Source: Rhizaria sp. SCN 62-66 (taxonomy: Eukaryota). Taken from it: a stretch of DNA of 27,994 nt. Location of the stretch: contig MEDY01000075.1 of NCBI GenBank assembly GCA_001724265.1, forward strand, positions 62,001-89,994, in the 5' to 3' direction. The notes under the pieces are model-generated. The model was not told where the DNA came from. It saw nothing but the letters and a program-made list of their open reading frames with translations, and did not search any database. The translations under genes and the position numbers were made by a program. Positions within the stretch are counted from its first letter, which is position 1; the number at the start of each line of letters is the position of its first letter. Shown here piece after piece: positions 1 through 8,828 of the stretch.

Positions 1-436
1 CGTTGGCGGCCTTGATCGCGGCGGCCATATCAGCCTCCTCTTTACAGGCCGCAGAGTTACAGTCCTTGCCCTCACCGCAGCCCTTGGCAGCGCTGGCCAT
101 GTCGCTGGCGCTGGCGCCGTGGCTGTGGCCGTGACCGTGGTCGTCGTGGTCGCCGTCGGCGCCGCAGTCGTGGCCGTGGCCGGGGCCAGGGGAGCGGAGC
201 TGGGCGGCGAGGGCTTCCTCTGCCGCAGCCTCAGTGCCAGCAGCGTTGTGACTCTCCTGGTTCCCCACCCCCGCATGGTTACTACGGGAGTTGTTCAGGG
301 GCGCGGCCTCGAGATCGTCGTCGTCGTCATGCGCGTGGCCGTGACCGTGACCGTAAGCAGTGGCGGCGGCAGTGGCAGCGGCGGGCTTGGAGCTGGCGGG
401 CGCGGGGGCCGCAGCGGTCTTGGCTTCAGCTTCCAT
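1..436 (-). CDS. 5' part of a gene running off the window: His/Asp-rich N-terminus, possibly a CDF/ZnT- or ZIP-type metal transporter
   Basis: Not in the ORF track because it has no stop in the window. Open minus frame from ATG at 436: MEAEAKTAAAPAPASSKP...YGHGHGHAHDDDDDLEAAPL...GHGHDCGADGDHDDHGHGHSHGASA...GCGEGKDCNSAACKEEADMAAAIKAAN. Codon usage is exon-like. The product guess rests only on the (HG)n tracts; no TM helices lie inside the window. Confidence 0.6.
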   Translation of the reverse strand, partial: MEAEAKTAAAPAPASSKPAAATAAATAYGHGHGHAHDDDDDLEAAPLNNSRSNHAGVGNQESHNAAGTEAAAEEALAAQLRSPGPGHGHDCGADGDHDDHGHGHSHGASASDMASAAKGCGEGKDCNSAACKEEADMAAAIKAAN

Positions 437-450
437 GGCAGCGAGCGCGG

Positions 451-528
451 CTAGATAGAAAATAGAGAAATTAACAAAAGTCAGAGTCACAAGAGCAATT
501 AAGTAAAAATTTAAGAATAAAAACTCAC
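451..528 (-). other. 5'-UTR spliceosomal intron of the His-rich gene
   Basis: Minus strand GTGAGTTTT...TTTCTCTATTTTCTATCTAG, 78 nt, AT-rich with a pyrimidine tract. The spliced upstream frame meets a TGA before any ATG, so the intron is in the UTR. Confidence 0.65.
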
Positions 529-1528
529 GTAATATAGGAATACAAACATCGTTTCAAGAAGGGCGATAATTTGAGAGAGATATTGTTCGTTTTGTGGGGG
601 ACGCACCGGCAAACTCGTCGTCGCTTTCGGGGGCGAGCGTTGAGCTCTGTTGGAGTGCTTGCTGACGCGCAAGCGCGGCGGCGTGACTCGACATCGTGGG
701 TAAGACGGTTGTCGAGGGTGGAACCGCTCTGAGGAGGCGCGGCGAGAGAAAACAGCAAGAGAGCGGGTGATAGCGTGGAAGTGGAGTGAGGAGTCAGGAA
801 GTAACGGGGGTGGAGGTGAAAGAACGTGTGTTGCGAGACACCCTAAAGACAGTGCGATAAAAAAACACAGCAATCAAACTTTAAAAAGAGCCATAAATAC
901 AAAAACATGGCCGCGACCCTCACTTAGTGCGACTAACTCGGGTTCCGGAGACGTGAGGAACGATGTTTGGACGGTGACCGAGCGGTGAGAAGACGCGAAC
1001 CGTGGTGCGGGAGGGATCACGAAGAGAGATATAGAAACACTCGCACAGAAATAACGATTTACCAAGCTATAGCCACTTGCGCGTTGGCTCTATTCTTCAA
1101 GCCCAGAATTCGATCCGCCGACGACCGAGCGCGATAGATTTGAATCTGTCTTCGCGTTTTTCGGGCTCCTCTCTGCTCCGTCGCTCTCGAGGGACCAACA
1201 CAGGAGACGCCTCCACCACAAATCGTTTCTGAAAGCATCTTCTGCGTTATTTCTCCAAGCAAAGAACGACTTTTTCAATTAAAATTGCGATACATGGGGA
1301 TTAAGATAAGCAAATTAGTCATATTTGTTAGTGTAGTCTCTTGACTGTCTTAATTTCATTCCTGGTGTTGATCAGCGCTATTTTTTCATCACGTGTGCGC
1401 CTTACCCCCCAAATCGAAATCACTTTCAGCGTGATTTCTCCACGCAAATCAACAAGTCCGAATAAAAATTAATGTATTTGCTAAATATGTGGTATGGTCT
1501 AGATATTTTCATCAATACCGGCTTTTCA

Positions 1529-4169
1529 TCAGGACCGGCTCTTGAACTTCCTGCCTAGGTTCCTGGCATTGACCCATGCATTGGCCTCCGCCTGCCCTGT
1601 CCAGCCAGCCATCTCACGGGCCCACACCAGCGGCTGTCGCGAGAGACTCGACAGTAGAAACGGGTCGAATGTCCACGCCACGGCCCAGCGGGTCTGCTCG
1701 CCCTGGGAGTACGCGTACCAAACAACGAGAGGGAAAGCGACGGTTGCCTTTGCTGGTGTGTTCATTGTACTTGTTGCGGTGAACGCCGATAACGCGTCTG
1801 CGCACCCGCAGCAGCGCGGTTTCGCGTGGTGAGTGCTGTTGTTGGTGTGGTCATCGCGAGCTCGAACTGCAGATTGAGCGAGTGCGAGGGTCTGTGGCTG
1901 TGAAGTTAGCACCGTGCGTAGCTGTGCCAAGAAGTTATCCGGCCGACGACGAGACATTACTGCAGTCGCTGCAGTGGCAAGGGAGGAATCAGTTTCAGTC
2001 GCATTTGCAGCCGCCTTTGCAGTTGCATTGGCAGTCGCAGTATCGACTTGTTGGCTGTTGCAGATGCTAAAAACAGGAATTTTAGCAAAGGCGCACACTG
2101 TGCACTGAGCTGCACTCACATTAGCACTGATGCTCTTCTGGTTGATCGGAGTTGCGGTGATATCAGTCTTATTATTGTCGTTAGCAGTCGAGTTGCTGTT
2201 GTTCATGGAGTCGTTGTTGGCCAACGAGTAACACCGACGGCAGTGCGAAAGAGCATGAGCAACTCCCAGCTTCGCCAGCGCTACAGCAGCTGCGTTGACA
2301 ACGCTCAAGTCACGCACGTATGCAAGTACAGGCGCTAAAGAGGCCTTTTTACCGAGCATGGTGGTAAACCATTGCGAGCCGAGGGGATTGGCTGCTGACT
2401 CTGCAATCATCTACAACAATTTTAACAACAATAAATAATACGTACATATAATGAAGAGGAACACACACGTGAGCCAAACTCAGAATAAACGTGCTGAGAT
2501 ATTGAGCAACGCGTTCAAAATAGATTCCGAGTTGGATAGGATTGAAATTGCGCTTTCTGTGATGATATGAACGTACTTTAGTGACGAATGCAACTTCACC
2601 TCCTGGATACGCAAGTTCGCTCTGCGTTGCCGACCACTGCCGCGTCGGATTCTTCGTCATCACAACACGCTGCTGCTGCTCACGGTCACTGCGCTGCTCA
2701 CGGTCACTTGCTGTAATGCTCTCACAGTCGCTGCGTTGCGCGCGGTCACTGCCATGCGCATTGTCCTTGAGTGGCTCCGATTCTGTGACGGAGTCGTAAA
2801 AGGGTGGGTTACACACAGTCATTGCAAACGGAGCCAATTGGCTCTTGATCTGACTCATTTGACTGGTCTGAGAAGTTGAAATCTGACCACTTTGAGCCGT
2901 CTCAGTCTGACCCTGACTAATGTCGTTATCTGCGATTGGAGTCGGTTGGCAAGGGAACTGCGCACGCAACGGCTATGCAGTCAAAATCTTACTCGAGTCT
3001 GCATTAAACACTGCACACACGCGATCACCGCAGGCAACGTTGTTGTGGAAGTTCGACATTGCAGTGGAATTTTGTTTAATGTTCAGGTTCGCAGAGTCAA
3101 TCGACGCGCTGTCGCAGTCACTACCCACCCCCGTGTACGCGTACAGCCTATGCACCATCAACAGCAACACAGCAGTCGCTCCAGTGCCGATGTCAAGCAC
3201 ATGGGGGCGCGGCGCAGCACAGTCAAGCAACGCCTCGGCCAACTCACCAAACTGCAATGAGGACGACGACGACGGCGGCGAGAACGATGACGACAAGTAT
3301 GCTGACTTAGCTGACTCAACAACGGCAACAGCAAAGCGACTGTGAGAGCTACTGGTCACCCTGAATGTTGATGTTGATGCTTTCGTTGCCGTTGCATTTG
3401 CAGTGGTATTGAGATCTGAGTCAGAGAGGTGCGTTGTGAGCGTCGCCCGTTGCAGCCTGCGGACCCACTGGAGATAGTTGAGTGACCGTGGCACTACTGG
3501 GGTGAGATTACCCACAGGTACCATCATTTTCAGTCCGAAATGGTGCCATAACAGGGCTTGCGAGAGCAACAACGACGCTTGTGGGTGCGAGAAGTTAAGC
3601 CTCGGCCGCGGAACGAAGTTAGGTCTCTGGTGAGCAAAAGTAGGTCGTGGGTAATAATCACTCAATCGCTGCATATGCTATGGCGTTGCAGCGTTTGTAC
3701 ACGCAGTTGTTGCTGTGGGGCGCTTAAGACGGGGGCCAATCGACGCTTCAATCTCAGACTCAGCGTTAGCGTCAGTGTTAGCATCAGCCTCAACCTCAGC
3801 CTCTGAGTCATCATTCACAGTCTCAGTCTCAGTTTCCAGCTGCTGATGCTGCTTCCGCTGTTGTTGACGCTGTGGTTGCTGTTGCTGTTGCTTCGGGTAG
3901 ACGAGGAGGGGAGCGAGAGGGGGATACGCTGCAGCCAAGACAGCGAAATCGGGAGGGTTAGCGTCGAAGTAGCCGCGCTCACGCAAAGCTGGGTCGCATA
4001 CAAACGCAGCCGTCGGCTTACACTCAATAGCAACGATCGACTCAGCACCCAACGCGGAATCGGAAGCTGAGGCTGTGCTTGAGGCGGCAGCCGAGCTCAA
4101 AGCATGATGATTGTTGTCGTCGTCGTTGTCGTTGTTGATAGCTGTGAAGGGCGGTAGCGTGGGGAACAT
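1529..4169 (-). CDS. METTL16: METTL16/RlmF-family RNA N6-adenosine methyltransferase; exons 4169-2577 and 2410-1529; ~824 aa; two in-frame TAG codons (3680-3678, 2975-2973)
   Basis: Family motifs are colinear across four track ORFs: PPDFAVLAAAYP; LNFSHPQASLLLSQALLWHHFGL; LTPVVPRSLNYLQWV; LDIGTGA (SAM motif I); GSDCDSASIDSANLN; TVCNPPFY (catalytic NPPF); ELAYPGGEVAFVTK|MIAES; WFTTMLGKKASL; QGEQTRWAVAWTF. The first three ORFs share one frame and are separated only by TAG. The gene ends in TGA TGA. Confidence 0.92.
2411..2576 (-). other. Phase-0 intron of METTL16
   Basis: GTACGT...TTGTTGTAG, 166 nt, AT-rich. Removal gives the conserved GGEVAFVTKMIAES. Confidence 0.9.
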
Positions 4170-4533
4170 CGCGGTTTACTCGAGTTTGTCGTTGCGACAA
4201 CGTGCGTGACGGCCTTCGGAGGAGAGCAGGCAGCGCCCGGAAAGAAAGCGCGAAAAGGCAGTGGCTGCACCGCCGGAGCAGAGGCCGAACGCGAAGAAGA
4301 AGACGAACGAGTTGGTGACGTAGACTTTGTTGGTGTAGGCAACGACCAGGACGGCAGAGAGAAGCGCGAGTAAAATGGAAACAAGGAGAGAACTCACGTT
4401 TTGCATGTCTCGTGCCAAAAATGCGACGTTTGACGATTGCTTGCGATCGTGCAGGAACGAAAGATTTCGCTAACGACCGAATCATGAGCAGCTTCCTGTT
4501 CACCACATACGACGTTCAGTGTCAGAAATCAAA

Positions 4534-4541
4534 CTTTTATA
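4534..4541 (-). promoter_or_regulatory. Candidate TATA box upstream of METTL16
   Basis: TATAAAAG on the minus strand ~370 nt upstream of the ATG. A GTGAGT donor at 4397 suggests an intervening 5'-UTR intron. Confidence 0.35.
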
Positions 4542-4743
4542 GCCATTGATGAATTTATATTGAGGAAAAACTAAAGTATATTATGTATCTAGTTACGGTT
4601 AAAGTTAATAAAAAAGATTTACGACCACATCAAGTCGCAATATGTGCGAGTTATACCTCGCTGTTGTTTAGTCCACGTTCATGCACGTTCTCACCAGAAC
4701 CATTGGCTGCCAATGATTGACTTTTTAGTGCGTGTCTCCCCGT

Positions 4744-6828
4744 TTAGAGAGCAAGCGCAGGCGCCTTTTCATCCTTACTGTTATGATCATCCCCTTCCGA
4801 TATCGGCGCCATCATCGGGCTATTTCGCGCACTCAGCGAGCGAAAGGCGCTCTCCGCGAAACCCGCAAACACGTCATCGTTGGGGTCACTGCCGGGCGCG
4901 GCCAGCAGATCCGTCTGGGGCGCCGCCGCGTACGCGTGCGCACGCGAAGGCAGTTGCTGCGACTGATCCTGGCCGTGGGCAGCGGACTGACTGTGGGTAG
5001 ATAACTGACCGTGGGCAGTGGACTCGGGCATGTCCGCAAAGGGATCATCCAGCGCTAGCACAGCAGCAGTACCTGTGGTGGTAGTACCCGCGGCGGCGGC
5101 GACAGCGGCAGGGGTACTCATGGAGGTACTCGTGGTGCTCACGGTCGCCGCGGCGTCGCCATACGGTCCATACACCGACGGGCGCGCGCGCGCCGGGGAC
5201 GCAGCAGCGGAGATGACCGCGCTTTCGTCCAGTGTAACCACGGTCAGCGGCGAAAACACTGCGTGGGGGGACACGTTGTTGGGCGCGGTTGAAGCCGCGG
5301 TCGCACCAGTTGCGGTCCCAGTCCCAGTCTCGGTCTCGGCCGCAGTTGTCGCAGGGGCTGTCACCGTGTTGGTGATTGAGACGTTGTTGTTGCCGTCGTG
5401 ATTGGCAGGGGACGGGTCACTGTGGGCAAAGACGTCAAACAGGGCATCGCCAGCGGCCATGTCAGCGTTATACGCAGGTGCTGAATCATGACCGTGAGCA
5501 TCACCACCACCGACAACAACATCATTGTTGTTGTTGTTGTGACCGTTATTGGCGATGTTAGCGGCAGCAAAGGCAAGGAAAGGATCGGACTCACTCATGT
5601 TGTTATTGTTATTGCTCGCAGCTGCAAGCGACGACGACGACTGCTGTTGCTGTTGCTGCTGCTGCTGCTGCGGCTTGTTGGCAAAGTGACCGTGAGCAAT
5701 GCGCGCAGTGTCCGGGCCCCGCGCAGTGGCAATCTCTCCCCACTGATCCTGTGCAGCCTGCTCGTTCACAGTCATTATCGCGCTATTGTTATCCGCATTG
5801 ACAGCGCTGTCGATGGCGAGCAGTGCGAACGCGTCATTCAAATCGTTGCCATGACTCGCACTTGCGTTGACGTCGACGTTGTTGATGTTCTTGTCGCTGT
5901 TGTTCACGCTCATGTTCGCGCTCGCGACGTGCGCCGACTCGGCCGGCTTTTCCGCCATCGCTAACTTAAGCCGCCTGCGGTTCTGCACTGCCTGCGTGAC
6001 CGGTTCATCCGCGATACCGTCGTCCACCAACCGCTCCTCATACTGCTCGTCGAGCGTGGCGACGCTCTTGCAGTGTACCACAGGCCCGCCGTCGGTCAAA
6101 CGCGCGGCGAGAGCCTCAGCGCAGCGCTGGGCGGCAACGGCCGCGGCGAATTGGCGCTGGCCGGGCTCCATATCGCGCTTCTTCTTGTCGCTTTTGACCG
6201 GGCGAGAACCTGGGGGCGAGAGGGAGGATGACTGGCCGGCGGCGCCCGACGGCTGGGCCTCGGCGGCCATGGCGGCGGCGATCACGGCTTCGTCGTCCTC
6301 TTCGCTGTCAGAATCAGCGCCGTCGCCGGCAGGGAGACCGAGCTTCTCGAGCTCTTGTTTGGTGACGTAGCGCTCATAGTCGGCCGGGAGAAAAGGATTA
6401 CTAGCCCCAGAGAGCGGTTTAGAGTCCTTGTCGACCATGACGACGCGCAAATCGACCTCTTTCGCGGTGTATGCGCGCGCAACAGTGCCGGCGTCATCTC
6501 TGAGCGTGTGGAAGTAGTCCGCTAGCAGCGTGACGTAAGCCATCACACGCAGGATCTGCATCGTAACCGAGACGTGTTCAGCTAAATCCTCGCGTTGCAG
6601 CTCGCGGCCGAGCGACTTGGCCTCGTCCTGGAGGTTTTTGATCATCGGCGGCAGGAAATCCGAGGTCAGCACCGAGGACGGGGGCGTGTCGCAGAGCACA
6701 CCGCGCAGCTGACGCGTCTCGTCGTATAGTAAGGCGGCGGGGAGGTATGTGAAGCGGCCGCACGGCGGGGTGATTTCGTGCACTGGAGGCAACGGAGCCT
6801 GCGGTGCCCGCTGCTGCTGCGGCCGATA

Positions 6829-6861
<33 letters not shown>

Positions 6862-8010
6862 TTGTTGGTAGTGAGGCTGGATAGGGGGTGCGGCGCGTGA
6901 AGGTGGCATGTTATTGTTGCTGTGGTGGCTCCGGTGGACCGAGACCGGCTGAGGCGGAGGGTAGCTGTTCACAGGGTGCTGATTCGCCGCACTGGGACCG
7001 GCATTGCGCCGTTGAGAGGAGTGACCATGGGCAGAACTGCGGTGAGAAGCCGGCATTGCATAGGGATCCGCCTGTACTTCGCCGTCGATGGTGATGAGCT
7101 TCTCACCGGCCAGAGCTTCGGGAAACAGCACGCCGTTGCTAAGACACTTCTGGTAGATCTTGTCGTAGGAGGGGTATTGAGCACCCAGGGAGGCGGCCCA
7201 GGCTTGGAAGCAGATGAGGATCTTGTCGTAGCGCTCTTGGGCGGATTCGGTGATTTCGTCCATGCGCACGGAGGATTTGGCGAAAAGAGCCTTGATGCCG
7301 GTCTTGGGCTGCTCTTGCGGGTGGCGGATCTGTTGGTGGTGTTGCCAAATAAGACGAGAAAAAAAAGAAGAAGAAGAGAACACAAAGGAACAAGTGAGAG
7401 TTAATACGCCCTGGCATGAGACGAGCGAGTTTAGAAGTGAAACTCAACGCGAAGAAAGTTGTGAAGACAATATAGCTATATCTATACGTATATATTTGTG
7501 GGCCATATTTGCAAGAAGAAACGTACAACGTGGGGGAGTGTCTTATAGAGCTTCTTGAGGTCATCTGGGTTGGCCATATCAGCGCGGAAGAGCGAGCAAT
7601 TCTTCATAAAGATATCCAGAATCTTCAGCGCTTTAATCGCGTTAGCGTGGTAGTTATCCGTGTTGGTGGCGATTTTGACCAGGCAGTCCCGGGCGACTTT
7701 GTTAAGGTCCGGCGCTTGGTTAAGCGTGTCGCAGAGGAGGATGCAGCGTTCCAGAGGGAGCTCGCCGCGGGACTCGCACAGCGTTGTCAACGTCTATAAA
7801 TGAGCACAAAACAACAAAAAGTTAGGGAAATTTGCATAAAATAACATTTGAGTGATAGTTGTAATGGTTTGATTGAGTTTTGAGATGATTCAGTGACGTT
7901 TACGCGCAGGTAGGCCCATTTGAGTGTGTTTGAAGGAGAATTTCATAGTGACGTACGACGCGGATTTCGAGCGCGATTGACTCCCATGTGCGCTGGCCGG
8001 AAGGGTACAT
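4744..8010 (-). CDS. VHS-domain endosomal adaptor (TOM1/TOL-like); exons 8010-7957, 7793-7527, 7329-4744; ~968 aa
   Basis: Two phase-0 GTACGT...AG introns give MYPSGQRTWESIALEIRV|TLTTLCES...CILLCDTLNQAP...AIKALKILDIFMKNC...KTLPHV|IRHPQ...DKILICFQAWAASLG...IYQKCLSNGVLFP, which matches the VHS helix pattern. The long disordered tail has NPF and DPF motifs typical of endocytic adaptors. Ends in TAA. Confidence 0.8.
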
Positions 8011-8828
8011 CGTCGACAGGTGCGAAACCAGTGGTTTCGGCGCTACAACTACTTGCTTGCTGGCGCTGGGGGCTGCGCACGAGGGCGGCAGAGAGGGCTA
8101 AAGGAGTGTTTGAGTTGTGTTGTCTCAACGAAGGCGGACTCTAGGCGAACTAAACAAATGATATATGGAATTTTAGAAGAATTAAGTGAGTGAAAAAAGC
8201 ATATATATGCAGTGAACATGTTAAGTTTGTTTAGAATAGCTTTAATGAAGCTGCAGCGAGGGGGAATTAAGAAGAGGGGACGGTCAGAGGACGTTCTTGG
8301 AGTAGTGTTCCGAAATCTGCCACTGTCAACACAATATCGCAACTTTAAGAGCTCGTATAAGCATGTCGTGAATAAACCAAGAGTTACTTTACCAAAGTCA
8401 TATCAGAATCCACTTTGACGTTCACCCCAGCGCACACTTTGATGATTCTCCAAAGCGACCACAAACCCTACCGTCCATCGATCGAGCGATCGACCTCCAA
8501 GATTTTTTTGACAGACGACGACGACCGTGAGTCGGCCAGGTCAGTAGTCAAGCCGCTGGATGGTCTCAATCGGTCGGTGGGTCGGTGGCTCCGGTCTGAC
8601 GGTAGAGATGCGCGGCGAATAGAAAACCTTGCTCTGGTTGTTACCCACGCTTCTTTCAGCGAGTACGTCCAATAAGCAGCACTATTCAGTGGTGTTTTGT
8701 TTATATTTTAATTTAAACACGCGCGCTGACCTGTTTAGTGCCGCTTGTAGATAGAGTTTGAACTCACCTCGATACCCCGGTGCTCGCTCGCTTTGGCGCC
8801 CACGCAGACCCCCGCGTTGACACCCGCA

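Noticed and set aside
2973-2992. Tiny GTAAG...TAG introns of 20 nt (here) and 14 nt (21125-21138) ending on the in-frame TAGs
   Set aside because: Neither length is a multiple of 3, so removal would shift the frame; the 20-nt case hits a TAA within about 15 codons.
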